Part shown: positions 37,670 through 51,303 of the stretch, piece after piece
Numbering within the stretch: the first letter of the stretch is position 1
How the letters are laid out: every line of letters starts with the position of its first letter
DNA from: Eledone cirrhosa
Taxonomy: Eukaryota
Assembly: GCA_964016885.1 (NCBI GenBank)
Contig: OZ024752.1
Location: forward strand, 9,176,001-9,240,000
Length of the DNA stretch: 64,000 nt
Direction of reading: 5' to 3'
The notes under the pieces: model-generated
Databases searched by the model: none
What the model saw: only the letters and a program-made list of their open reading frames with translations
What the model was told of the DNA's origin: nothing
Program-made: the position numbers and the translations under genes

Positions 37670-39742
37670 ATATGCACCATTTTGTAATTTTGTCGTGCGT
37701 AATGCTAAGAGCGCTAATTGAGGTTCTTCGCCACTTTTGAATGCCTTTTTTATTGTCTGTATATTTCTCTCAACCATGCCATTTGCTTGATGATAATGTG
37801 GGCTTGTTTTCCCTGTGATAAAAATGCCAATTTTTTGCAAACTTTTTAAATTCAGCCGAATTGAATTCTGGACCGTTGTCACTGACAACTGTTTGTGGAA
37901 TGCCGAATTTGGCAAAAGTTTCTTTTATTCTTTTGATTACAGTTTTTGACTGGCAATCATTTATTTCGTGTAAATCAAAAAATCTTGTTGTATAGTCAAT
38001 GATTGTGACATACGAATTTCCAGACAGGTGAAATATGTTTGTACCTACTTTGGTCCATGGTGTAGTAGGTATTTCATGATTTATTAGTGGTTCGGCTGGT
38101 TGTTGATTTTTCTAATCGATGCAGTATGAGCATGTGTTAATCATGTCTTTGATTTGAGCGTTAATGCCGGGCCAGTATATACATTCCTTGGCTCGCTCTG
38201 TGCATTTTTCAATACCCATGTGTCCGGTATGTATTTCCTGTAGAGCTTCTCTACGTAATGACTTAGGTACAATGATTCTTGGACCTTTTAGAACGAGGCC
38301 ATTGACGATCGATATTTCATCACGAACAGAGACGAATGGTTTAATGTTTGTTGGTATTTTGTCTTTTGGGGGCCATTCTGTTCTTGTATATGTGATGACT
38401 GTCTGTAGTGACGAGTCGTGTGCAGTGGCTTCTTTGTACTCGTTTAATTTAGTGTCGGTTATGGGGTAATTTTTTTATTACTGCATGTATGTGCGATTTC
38501 ATATCTTCGTCTGATACTTCTGGAGTATTTTGTTCAAGGTATGCACGTGATAGAGTATCTGCAACAACTGATTCTTTACCAGGTATGTAGTTTAGGTCAA
38601 AATCGTATCTTTGTAATGCTAGTAGAAATCTTTGGATTCCGGGGGGGGGGGGGGGGGGGGGGGCATTTAGTGATCGATTTTTTGAATATTTGCTTCAACG
38701 GTTTATGGTCGTTTTCGATTCTGAAATGAGTTCCGTATATAAAGTGATGAAATTTCTTGCATGCGAAAACTAAACTGAGAGCTTCGCTCTCTATCGGACA
38801 GTAGTTTTGTTCCGCTTGAGTTGTTGCACGAGATGTAAACGAAACAGGTAGCCATCTTTCGTTGTGTTTCTGCTCAAGTATAGCTCCGAGCCCATGCTTA
38901 CTAGCATCTGTAGTTATTTTTACTGGTTGATCTGGATCATAAAATTGTAGCACTGGTTTTCTGGTAATCATTTCTTTTAGCTTTTTTATTGCTTCGATTT
39001 GAGGTTTGTCGAGTGACCATAACGTGTCACTCTGTAGAAGCTGGCGTAATGGTGCTGTAACTTCGGAGTAGTTTGGTAAAAATTTACATAGGTAATTTGT
39101 CATACCTAGGAATCTTTGTAATTCTTTTTTGCCTGTAGGTAGTGGCATGTGAATGATTGCTTGCACTTTGGTTGGATCTTGTTTTATCCCTTCGCTGGTT
39201 AATAGATGCCCAAGCTACGTTATTTGTGATGCATTGAAGATACACTTTGATTTATTTAACTTTAATCCGTGCTTTCGGATTCGTTCGAAAACTTGTTGTA
39301 ATCTATTTGTGTGTTCTTCTAAAGTGCTGGACCAGATTATAATGTCATCCTGTGAATTTCTTGCTCCTTCTATGCCATCTATTATTTTTGCGATTTCTTT
39401 TTGGAAAACTTCACTGGCGCTGTGAATTCCATAGGGCAGTCGTGTGAAGCGATATCTTCCAAAAGGTGTGTTGAACGTTAACAGGTGGGAGCTTTCTTCG
39501 TCAACTGGAATTTGCCAGTATCCATTAGATGCATCGAGTTTCGAGAAATATTTTGGTTTATGCATTTGTGCAAAAATGTCCTCCGCTGGAGGGAGTTTTA
39601 AATGTTGCCTTTTTATGGCTTTGTTTAGATTCTTGGGGTCCAAACAGAGTCGGAGTTTTCCGTTGGCTTTTTCAACGATGACTAGGGAATTTACCCAGTC
39701 TGTAGGTTCACTAACGGGTTTTATGATTCCTAATTCTGTCAT
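37670..39742 (-). pseudogene. Gypsy pol: RT, RNase H, integrase (disrupted)
   Basis: LRLCLDPKNLN, LDASNGYWQ, RLPYG, SQDDII; TDASKHGLGA, ENDHKPL; NGMVERNIQT. Frameshifts and a poly-G run at 38641-38663. Confidence 0.9.
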
Positions 39743-41201
39743 TTTTTTGAGTTCTTTTTTTGAGTTTTTCTTTTATAGAAAAAGGAACCGATCTTGGTGG
39801 ATGAATTACAGGAGTTATTTGTGGATCCACTGTGATATGATGTGTTATTGGCAGAGTGCCGATTTCTCCGAAACAGTCTTCATATTTTTCTGTTATGTCG
39901 TTTGCGTTCGACGAATTTATTTTTAAAATTCTCTGAATTAAGTTCAGATCTTGTGCTGTCTTTGCATCTATAACTGCGTGCGAGTTTGTTTTTGCAACAA
40001 TGAATTTTGTTTGTTTTGATACTTTTTTGTATTTAACGACTGCTGTGCATTTTCCTAGCACTTTTATAGCTGTGTTATTGTAGGCTGATAATCGAGTTGA
40101 GGATTTTTGCAGTTGGGGTTTTGGAATAATATTTTTATATTCTCTGAATGGCAGTACGGTCACGTCTGCTCCAGTATCAATTTTGAATGTTACATTCGAG
40201 TTATTCACTTTTAGTTCGACCGTCCAAATGTCTTTTGGAGTCTTGAACTTTTCGATTTTATGCACGCGGGATTTATTTAAAGTGATCACTTTGAGTGCAT
40301 GTATATCGTCATCTGATTCATCGTCGGAATGTGTCTCCACTTTATGTACAAATTTTCTTGATTTGCACATTTTTGCATAGTGTCCTTTTTTCTTGCATTT
40401 TTCACATATCTTGTGGAATGCTGGGCACTTATTTCTTTGGTGATCGTAACCTAAATAGTGACAGTTAGTGACGTATTGTTGACTTGGCGCTTGAAATTTC
40501 GCGGGCTTTCTATCACTTCCGCCTTGCCCGTTTTGACGTCTCGATTGCATATGGCGAGTTATCTGTGTTTTGGCGCCTTTTCTGTCGTGTTGACTATGTA
40601 TCGCCGAGATTTCGTTATCTCTTGTTTCGGATGTGGCATTCAGCATCCTTGATTGGCGTCGTGTTTGCTCTACACTCTGACCGGCTTGAATTGTTTTTTG
40701 TATGTCTAAATTTGGTTCTCTCAATAATCTTTCTCTTACTCTCATGTCTCTGATTCCACATATCAGAATATCTCTGGTGAGACTGTCTGTAAGGTCGCCG
40801 AATTCGCACTGTTGTGCCTTTTGGCGCAACTCTACCACGTACTCATCGAATTTTTGATGTTCCGCTTGTCCACATGTGAAGAATTTGTGTCTCAGGAAAG
40901 TTATGTTTTTTCTGGGTTCACAATATGCATCGAATTTTTCGATTACTGTTTGAAGGTTCATTTCTTCGTCGGGTGAATCGAAATCCAGAGTAGAATGGAT
41001 GTCTCGGCCTTTGGAACTGATGCAAGTTAAAAACATTGAAGTTTTTACTTTGTCTGGCTTTATGTCACTTTCTGATGCTATCAAAAAGAGATTGAATTCT
41101 TTTTTCCACTTTTTCCATGCAGCGGCTAGATTTTCTTGATTAAAATCTAGGTCTTTTGGATGCGGTAGATTTTCCATTTCGTCTTTGAAGTATGATTTCA
41201 A
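39711..41201 (-). pseudogene. Gypsy gag-protease (frameshifted before RT)
   Basis: CEKCKKKGHYAKMC zinc knuckle; FKIDTGADVT aspartic protease. Confidence 0.9.
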
Positions 41202-41244
41202 CTTCTTTTTTCTTTTCGTTTCTGTAGGATGGGTTCTTTTAGTA

Positions 41245-41255
41245 TTCTGACACCA
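41245..41255 (-). promoter_or_regulatory. Primer-binding site (probably tRNA-Leu)
   Basis: TGGTGTCAGAA immediately after the LTR's terminal CA. Confidence 0.75.
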
Positions 41256-41493
41256 TGTTGTTGTTATATAAATATATATAAGTTGTGTATGAAAGGAAAT
41301 AGTGAGTACTTAGTATGAAAGATCAAGAACGTGAGAGAGACTGAAAAGACGTGTAAACAATACGATATACTTTATTATACTGTGTCTATACAAGGTGTCT
41401 CCTCGGGCAGGAGATTTCCTTATTGTCTCTGTATCAAGGGAGATAATGGGCGACGTTAGTTGGTCTTGTCTATGATGATGCTTAACATGAACA

Positions 41494-44400
41494 GATGGTG
41501 GGGGAAGCAGTGTGATATTTCACACACTCCACCTTATACAATAAACTACTGGATATTGGAGGAAACAGTGTGATATTTCACACATTCCACTTTATACAAT
41601 AAACTACTGGATATTGGAGGAAACAGTGTGATATTTCACACATTCCACTTTATACAATAAACTACTGGATATTGGAGGAAACAGTGTGATATTTCACACA
41701 TTCCACCTTATACAATAAACTACTGAATGTTTGAGGAAACAGTGTGATATTTCACACATTCCACCTTATACAATAAACTACTGGATGTTGGAGGAAACAG
41801 TGTGATATTTCACACATTCCACCTTATACAATAAACTACTGGATGTTGGAGGAAACAGTGTGATATTTCACACATTCCACCTTATACAATAAACTACTGA
41901 ATGTTGGAGGAAACAGTGTGATATTTCACACATTCCACTTTATACAATAAACTACTGAATGTTGGAGGAAACAGTGTGATATTTCACACATTCCACCTTA
42001 TACAATAAACTACTGGATATTGGAGGAAACAGTGTGATATTTCACACATTCCACCTTATACAATAAACTACTGAATGTTGGAGGAAACAGTGTGATATTT
42101 CACACATTCCACCTTATACAATAAACTACTGGATATTGGAGAAAACAGTGTGACATTTCACACATTCCACCTTATACAATAAACTACTGAATGTTGGAGG
42201 AAACAGTGTGATATTTCACACATTCCACCTTATACAATAAATTACTGGATATTGGAGGAAACAGTGTGATATTTCACACATTCCACCTTATACAATAAAC
42301 TACTGGATATTGGAGGAAACAATGTGATATTTCACACTTGTGTATTATTCTATGTACTATATTGACGAGTTGTAGTGCACCTGAGCACTTTACACAATAA
42401 TTTCATTATTATTATATTCCACCTTATACAATAAACTACTGGATGTTGGAGGAAACAGTGTGATATTTCACACATTTCACCTTATACAATTAACTACTGG
42501 ATGTTGGAGGAAACAGTGTGATATTTCACACATTTCACCTTATACAATAAACTACTGGATATTGGAGGAAACAGTGTGATATTTCACACATTCCACTTTA
42601 TACAATAAACTACTGGATATTGGAGGAAACAGTGTGATATTTCACACATTCCACTTTATACAATAAACTACTGGATATTGGAGGAAACAGTGTGATATTT
42701 CACACATTCCACCTTATACAATAAACTACTGAATGTTGGAGGAAACAGTGTGATATTTCACACCTTCCACCTTATACAATAAACTACTGGATATTGGAGA
42801 AAACAGTGTGATATTTCACACATTCCACCTTATACAATAAATTACTGGATATTGGAGGAAACAGTGTGATATTTCACACATTCCACCTTATACAATAAAC
42901 TACTGGATATTGGAGTAAACAATGTGATATTTCACACATTTGTGTATTATTCTATGTACTATATTGACGAGTTGTAGTGCACCTGAGCACTTTACACAAT
43001 AATTTAATTATTATTATATTCCACCTTATACAATAAACTATTGGATGTTGGAGGAAACAGTGTGATATTTCACACATTCCACCTTATACAATAAACTACT
43101 GAATGTTGGAGGAAACAGTGTGATATTTCACACATTCCACTTTATACAATAAACTACTGAATGTTGGAGGAAACAGTGTGATATTTCACACATTCCACCT
43201 TATACAATAAACTACTGGATATTGGAGGAAACAGTGTGATATTTCACACATTCCACCTTATACAATAAACTACTGAATGTTGGAGGAAACAGTGTGATAT
43301 TTCACACATTCCACCTTATACAATAAACTACTGGATATTGGAGAAAACAGTGTGACATTTCACACATTCCACCTTATACAATAAACTACTGAATGTTGGA
43401 GGAAACAGTGTGATATTTCACACATTCCACCTTATACAATAAATTACTGGATATTGGAGGAAACAGTGTGATATTTCACACATTCCACCTTATACAATAA
43501 ACTACTGGATATTGGAGGAAACAATGTGATATTTCACACTTGTGTATTATTCTATGTACTATATTGACGAGTTGTAGTACACCTGAGCACTTTACACAAT
43601 AATTTCATTATTATTATATTCCACCTTATACAATAAACTACTGGATGTTGGAGGAAACAGTGTGATATTTCACACATTTCACCTTATACAATTAACTACT
43701 GGATGTTGGAGGAAACAGTGTGATATTTCACACATTTCACCTTATACAATAAACTACTGGATATTGGAGGAAACAGTGTGATATTTCACACATTCCACTT
43801 TATACAATAAACTACTGGATATTGGAGGAAACAGTGTGATATTTCACACATTCCACTTTATACAATAAACTACTGGATATTGGAGGAAACAGTGTGATAT
43901 TTCACACATTCCACCTTATACAATAAACTACTGAATGTTGGAGGAAACAGTGTGATATTTCACACCTTCCACCTTATACAATAAACTACTGGATATTGGA
44001 GAAAACAGTGTGATATTTCACACATTCCACCTTATACAATAAATTACTGGATATTGGAGGAAACAGTGTGATATTTCACACATTCCACCTTATACAATAA
44101 ACTACTGGATATTGGAGTAAACAATGTGATATTTCACACATTTGTGTATTATTCTATGTACTATATTGACGAGTTGTAGTGCACCTGAGCACTTTACACA
44201 ATAATTTAATTATTATTATATTCCACCTTATACAATAAACTATTGGATGTTGGAGGAAACAGTGTGATATTTCACACATTCCACCTTATACAATAAACTA
44301 CTGAATGTTGGAGGAAACAGTGTGATATTTCACACATTCCACTTTATACAATAAACTACTGAATGTTGGAGGAAACAGTGTGATATTTCACACATTCCAC

Positions 44401-45884
44401 CTTATACAATAAACTACTGGATATTGGAGGAAACAGTGTGATATTTCACACATTCCACCTTATACAATAAACTACTGAATGTTGGAGGAAACAGTGTGAT
44501 ATTTCACACATTCCACCTTATACAATAAACTACTGGATATTGGAGAAAACAGTGTGACATTTCACACATTCCACCTTATACAATAAACTACTGAATGTTG
44601 GAGGAAACAGTGTGATATTTCACACATTCCACCTTATACAATAAATTACTGGATATTGGAGGAAACAGTGTGATATTTCACACATTCCACCTTATACAAT
44701 AAACTACTGGATATTGGAGGAAACAATGTGATATTTCACACTTGTGTATTATTCTATGTACTATATTGACGAGTTGTAGTACACCTGAGCACTTTACACA
44801 ATAATTTCATTATTATTATATTCCACCTTATACAATAAACTACTGGATGTTGGAGGAAACAGTGTGATATTTCACACATTTCACCTTATACAATTAACTA
44901 CTGGATGTTGGAGGAAACAGTGTGATATTTCACACATTTCACCTTATACAATAAACTACTGGATATTGGAGGAAACAGTGTGATATTTCACACATTCCAC
45001 TTTATACAATAAACTACTGGATATTGGAGGAAACAGTGTGATATTTCACACATTCCACTTTATACAATAAACTACTGGATATTGGAGGAAACAGTGTGAT
45101 ATTTCACACATTCCACCTTATACAATAAACTACTGAATGTTGGAGGAAACAGTGTGATATTTCACACCTTCCACCTTATACAATAAACTACTGGATATTG
45201 GAGAAAACAGTGTGACATTTCACACATTCCACCTTATACAATAAACTACTGGATGTTGGAGGAAACAGTGTGATATTTCACACATTTGTGTATTATTCTA
45301 TGTACTATATTGACGAGTTGTAGTGCACCTGAGCACTTTACACAATAATTTAATTATTATTATATTCCACCTTATACAATAAACTATTGGATGTTGGAGG
45401 AAACAGTGTGATATTTCACACATTTCACCTTATACAATTAACTACTGGATGTTGGAGGAAACAGTGTGATATTTCACACATTCCACCTCATACAATAAAC
45501 TACTGGATGTTGGAGGAAACAGTGTGATATTTCACACATTTCACCTTATACAATAAACTACTGGATATTGGAGGAAACAGTGTGATATTTCACACATTCC
45601 ACCTTATACAATAAACTACTGGATATTGGAGGAAACAGTGTGATATTTCACACATTCCACCTTATACAATAAACTACTGGATGTTGGAGGAAACAGTGTG
45701 ATATTTGACACATTTCACCTTATACAATAAACTACTGTATGTTGGAGGAAACAGTGTGATATTTCACACATTCCACCTTATACAATAAACTACTGGATAT
45801 TGGAGGAAACTGTGTGATATTTCTCACATTCCACCTTATACAATAAACTACTGGATGTTGAAGGAAACAGTTTGGTCTTTCACA
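41494..45884. repeat. 58-bp minisatellite with 1202-bp higher-order repeat
   Basis: A ~78-bp foreign insert recurs at about 42338, 42940, 43540, 44142, 44742 and 45286. Confidence 0.95.
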
Positions 45885-46588
45885 AAGTGAAAGTAGAGTA
45901 TATTTGGAACAGATCTGTTAATTACATCAAGTCAATTAATTACCTACCTATACTGTATTGATAAAATTGTTAGCACATTTAAAATACCTGTAATAAGTAG
46001 TTACATTTCTTTTTCTACTAAGTTTATATTCTGTCATACTAACAATACATTCTGTGGTTGATCAACTAAAGTACCAGTCAAGTATTGGAGATCAATTTAA
46101 TATAACTAAAAGGCAACAATCTGTCCTGACAAATCTTTCCCATTACATTTGTATAGATGTGTTTTGATATATATTGTCATGTTTTTTCTACATTCTCTAT
46201 CTCACTTTTTAGATCTTTTTCTGTTTCCTTCTTTACAAATTCTGTGTTCAACCAACTGCATAATATCTAATTATATAATGGTTCACTTAATACAACCCGG
46301 AATCTATACAGTTGTTGTGATAACAGTTGTAAACAGTCAGGTTCAAATAACTATATAGTTGCCTAATCTGTAAGACATAGTAACAAAAGGAATCATGTGT
46401 GTGAGAAATAAAATACCCATGTCTGGAACAACATTAATCCTAGATATGTTTGATCAGTCTTAACTTTAGGATCAAATAACAGAATCACTGATGAGATTCT
46501 TAATTCTATCAACAAATGAGACTTTCTCATAAGTAATTGTTTTGAAAAATAAATTCGATCTTTATATTAGAAACATAATATTACCTAC

Positions 46589-46655
46589 CCCAGCTGTGTA
46601 ATTGTGAGATTTGTGTGATTAACAAAAGTTTCAAAAATAACAGATTCAATTCCAT
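46589..46655 (-). CDS. Putative first coding exon (signal peptide) of an Ig-superfamily gene
   Basis: Minus strand: acceptor ttttcttttatatacag, then ATA ATG, encoding MELNLLFLKLLLITQISQLHSW + G|gtaggt. Short hydrophobic N-terminus. The phase-1 donor fits the phase-1 acceptors of the Ig exons downstream. Confidence 0.65.
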
Positions 46656-46760
46656 TATCTGTATATAAAAGAAAAATGTTGATATGAATAACAATATTTT
46701 CTACAAATAAGGAACATGTAGTCAATGAAAGGACAATGTAAAGAATCATTTGACATTAAT

Positions 46761-46910
46761 GGTTTCTGATTTAGGCACAAGGTCAACAATTATGGGTGAG
46801 GGGAATATCAATTAAATCAATCTCAGTGCATTACTGGTACTTTATTTTGTTGACAATGTAAGGATGAAAGGCAAAGTTAACCTTGGTAGGATTTGAACTC
46901 AGAACATAGC
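46761..46910 (-). mobile_element. tRNA-derived SINE, partial
   Basis: ggcacaagg...tactggtact...ggatgaaaggcaaag...gatttgaactcagaac. Confidence 0.7.
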
Positions 46911-47039
46911 AGGCCATAATTATATGCCACAATAATTATATGCCACATAATTATATGACCCCCAAATACAGGTCCATAATCCATTACTGATATAAAAAGA
47001 TTATATTTTACAGGGTAACTCTTGTTGACATGTTAAAAA

Positions 47040-47560
47040 ATAATAATTGATTTATGTCTGGACTATATGAAGGTGTCTGACTGCCACTCATGGATACTAG
47101 AGTCACTATGCCTTGTTAAATTTCCATGACCATAGCTGAAGCCATTCAAAAACTGACTGTTATATGTCCACTCAGCTGTATTGAAAAACTACTTCAGTTT
47201 TAGTCACAGACAGAATTGGTGTATTGACAGGAATGTTTCATGGTGACAGCTTGTCTGTAATAATATTTGTGCTGACTGTGACTCTATTGTTCGCCCTGTT
47301 ACATGCTTGTCAGTATAGAAGACAGAAAGGTTAATATCACTCATATGTTTTTCATGATGTCCTTAAGTACCAAGAGAAAGTTACATCAGGTCACAGCATC
47401 TCACAGGTCATAATAACAGAAGTACAATAGATTTGGTAGTAAACTGTGGTAAATTGTCAAGAGGAGACTATGTATGTCAATGGCCTGTCTATTTCACCTA
47501 TCTCCAGTGGTGAATGCTACAAGTAACTTGGAATAGATGAGAATATTATATATGATGTTT
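47040..47560 (+). mobile_element. Highly degraded non-LTR RT fragment
   Basis: FHGDSLSVIIFVL (QGDSLSP-like) and YK*LGIDE (YKYLG-like) remnants. Confidence 0.4.
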
Positions 47561-48100
47561 GTTCCAAATGTAAAGGTACTGATGTTTCATTTAAATGTGT
47601 ATTAGACATATATGAAATTACAAGTTAGCTCCTTCAAAATACAGTAGTTCTAATATTTTCTCCATTGATCATAGCAGCCTGGAAGTAATTTTCTGTGAGT
47701 GTCCTTAGCTCATCAGTTTCAATTTTTTTTCAACAGTCCCAAAATGATGACCCTTTAGCTGCAATTTCAACTTAGGAAAGAGGTAGAAACCACACAGAGC
47801 TCAATCTGAGCTGTTGTAAAGATGTGGAATAGTGGGAATGTTTTTCTTTGCTAGAAATTCTCAAATTGAAAATGCTGTGTTTGGGCACTACCTTTGCACA
47901 AATTTTTCACATGTGCAAATGGTGTGTTAAAATTCTGTGAACTCCATTTTTATCCAAGCACATAATCAGCAATCTTTCCTCATCACCCCTCATACTACTT
48001 CTACATTGTGTTCATTTGTTGACGAGATTGACCTTCCAGAATGAGATCAGTCTTCAACATTTTCCTGGGCCTGTTTGAAAGCTTTGTACCTCTTAAAAAC

Positions 48101-48556
48101 TTTAGGAGATTAGTATCGGTGTACATATAACATAAAATAAAAGACAATAAATACCGGTGTGTGTTGTAATAATGTTTTACTTCATAGAAGTCAAAGGTAT
48201 TAAATATTAAGGATTCGTTACCCGATGGTCACAACTCCAGGCTGAAGTTGGTAGAGAAAAGAAGAGATCTTTTCTAGCTGGTATTAACATGTTAGGCTCT
48301 CAGGCTGCAAGTTGCATTGTTCTTGGTAGCGAAGGATTATCAAAAAGGAATCATCTCAAGCTAAGGTCGCAGGTGTTACCACTTCGGAAATCAGGAGGCA
48401 AGAGGGAGATATCATGGTGACCTGTTCCTTTTATAGGAGGTGACCGGAAGTGACCAACAGGGAGTCTGTCAATCCCAAAGGGAAGCAACTCCAGCTACTT
48501 CCTGTCTAGAGAGCGGTGATGAGATTGTCATGACCAGGGAGGCAACTCTTGCTACA
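48101..48556. mobile_element. Possible solo LTR
   Basis: Imperfect inverted termini tttaggaga.../...tcttgctaca flanked by AAAC direct repeats. Confidence 0.35.
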
Positions 48557-49878
48557 AAACCTTACTTTCCAATAGAGTGGCATCTTCATAATCTTGTGTT
48601 AAAGAATTATATGTTTCAATGGAATATTTGTTGAGTTTCACATAAAATTTGATTGCGTTCTATTATTTGATTTTTTTCCTGCATCGCAAACGTAACAGAC
48701 ATTATAAACACATCTGTACATAAACATCAATAATTCCTGATTGGTTTAATTAATCATGTTGAAACAAGTATGCATGTGTAGCCAAGGTCATAACCAACAC
48801 ACTTATATACATAACTGAGGTGCTGTATTACCGTGTTAAACATATAAAAACCAGTAGTTTTGTGATAAGCCTCATATGTTGGCGTTGTGAATAAAGTCAG
48901 AATGACCAAGAAATACCTCAGTGGACATAAAATATTATAAATGTCAGAGTTGTTTATATTCAATGAGACACAACTCATATTGCTGGTATGGATGTGTGGT
49001 ACATATGAAAGAGAGCTGAATAAAATAGTGCAGGGAAAATATAGAGAATTAGACTAAAGAAAATTTGGGATGTAATGGTAATGGCTGCCCTCACAAAGCT
49101 GAACCTTATGAAGGATATGATACAGGATCAAGTTATCTGGAAATATGTGATGCTGCAGAAGACTAAACTTCCCACATGAACAGGATAGAACGTGTAAGGA
49201 GAGAGTGGTGGTACAAGCGTAGGCTGACTATAAAGGAATGGTCCTAGGGCTGTGAAATCTTGCATGCATTAATTTCAACTTTTCTTATTCACAACTGCAT
49301 TGTTTCTTTCCATGGAATATGTTGAAAAATTAACCTCTTTTGGTCATTCTATGAGAGTATCTTGGTCAGACAATGAATTTTTCTCCTGGCCCTCATAATA
49401 GCAGAAGGTACGATATTTAGATCTCTACCCACCTGCTAAATATGTCCTTGACATTTCCATACCTCATCCACCTAGCTATCCCCATCACATATAATCTTAC
49501 CCCCCCCCCCACACACACACATTCCATTTCACCACCTGAGTCTTCCCACTCATCCCACAACTTTGATTCCTCCTTTCTTGTTCAATCCACGCCAGCAGGG
49601 AAAGATGGATGTACTTCCCTGACACAGTGTACTGTCAAATGTCATTTCTTCACATTCTCACTCAATGGTACATACCTCTCCCCACTACCAATATTCCCCC
49701 TCCATCTCTTCCCCTAGGTCACTACCAAACCTCCCTGTCTTTCCCCCCTCTTCTCAAACTCTTTCTCTGCCACCTTAGTAATCCCATCCTCCTTGATCCT
49801 CAGTTTTTAGTCCAACTATGCCAGCATGGAGAGGCGTATGTACTCACTCCACAATGCACTGTCAGACATCACTCTTAA

Positions 49879-50097
49879 CCCTTTAACATTTACATTGCTC
49901 CTATATTTACTATTATAATTTTGTGGTAAAGGCTTTACCTCATGTAGTTATCTCACATAATATTGAATCTATGAGATTTTGATATTTATTTTGAGAACAA
50001 TACCTTGATATCAGTATGAGTGGCCTGTTACGACTGGTTTGAACAGAAAGAGGTGAGAGACTTCTGGCCAGATATGGTCGGTATAAATGCTAAAGGG
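49879..50097. mobile_element. piggyBac-like MITE
   Basis: TTAA-CCCTTTAACATTT ... AAATGCTAAAGGG-TTAA. Confidence 0.7.
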
Positions 50098-50227
50098 TTA
50101 AGGCCACCTTTACACCTCCCTCCTCCTTCATCAAGAAACATGAGGCTCTTTATTCTTGCACCTCTCCCAACCCTATCACAAACTCTACATCCTAGCCAAG
50201 GACCCAACAACAGGCACTCTCATCTGG

Positions 50228-51303
50228 AAAATGGTAGTGCTGGTGTGACAGTAAAATGTACTCAGTCCACACTGTAAAGTGGTAGTGCTGGTGTCACAGT
50301 AAAATGTACACTGTCCACACTGTAAAGTGGTAGTGCTGGTGTCACAGTAAAATGTACACTGTCCACACTGTAAAGTGGTAGTGCTGGTGTCACAGTAAAA
50401 TGTACTCAGTCCACACTGTAAAGCGGTAGTGCCGGTGTCACAGTAAAATGTACTCAGTCCACACTGTAAAGTGGTAGTGCTGGTGTCACAGTAAAATGTA
50501 CTCAGTCCAAACTGTAAAGTGGTAGTGCTGGTGTGACAGTAAAATGTACTCAGTCCATACTGTAAAGTGGTAGTGCTGGTGTCACAGTAAAATGTACTCA
50601 GTCCACACTGTAAAGTGGTAGTGCTGGTGTCACAGTAAAATGTACTCAGTCCACACTGTAAAGTGGTAGTGATGGTGTCACAGTAAAATGTACTCAGTCC
50701 ACACTATAAAGTGGTAGTGATGGTGTCACAATAAAATCTACTGTAAAGTGTTAGTGATGGTGTCACAATAAAATCTACTGTAAAGTGGTAGTGATGGTGT
50801 CACAATAAAATCTACTGTAAAGTGGTAGTGATGGTGTCACAATAAAATCTACTGTAAAGTGTTAGTGATGTTGTCACAATAAAATCTACTGTAAAGTGTT
50901 AGTGATGGTGTCACAATAAAATCTACTGTAAAGTGGTAGTGATGGTGTCACAATAAAATCTACTGTAAAGTGGTAGTGATGGTGTCAATAAAATCTACTG
51001 TAAAGTAGTAGTGATGGTGTCAACAAAATCTACTGTAAAGTGGTAGTGATGGTGTCAATAAAATCTACTGTAAAGTGGTAGTGCTGGTATCAGAGTAAAA
51101 TCTACTGTAAAGTGGTAGTGATGGTGTCACAATAAAATCTACTGGAAAGTAGTAGTGATGGTGTCACAATAAAATCTACTGTAAAATGGTAGTGATGGTG
51201 TCACAATAAAATCTACTGTAAAATGTTAGTGATGGTGTCACAATAAAATCTACTGGAAAGTATTAGTGATGGTGTCACAATAAAATCTACTCACCCAACA
51301 CTG
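50228..51303. repeat. 48-bp minisatellite switching to a 37-bp deletion variant
   Basis: aagtggtagtgctggtgtcacagtaaaatgtactcagtccacactgta to about 50710, then aagtggtagtgatggtgtcacaataaaatctactgta. Confidence 0.9.

Larger units (their letters stand above)
37663..41493 (-). mobile_element. Ty3/Gypsy LTR retrotransposon, defective
   Basis: 5' LTR 41256-41493 (TG...CA), PBS TGGTGTCAGAA, then gag-PR-RT-RH-IN with frameshifts. TSD GATGG at 37658-37662 and 41494-41498. Only about 11 bp of the 3' LTR remain. Confidence 0.9.

Noticed and set aside
41494-45884. CRISPR-like array (hairpin repeat with occasional inserts)
   Set aside because: Units are head-to-tail with no unique spacers, the inserts are copies of each other, there are no cas genes and the context is eukaryotic.
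45948-45987. Possible micro-exon after the signal exon
   Set aside because: About 40 nt; it would shift the frame relative to the phase-1 Ig exons or hit a stop.
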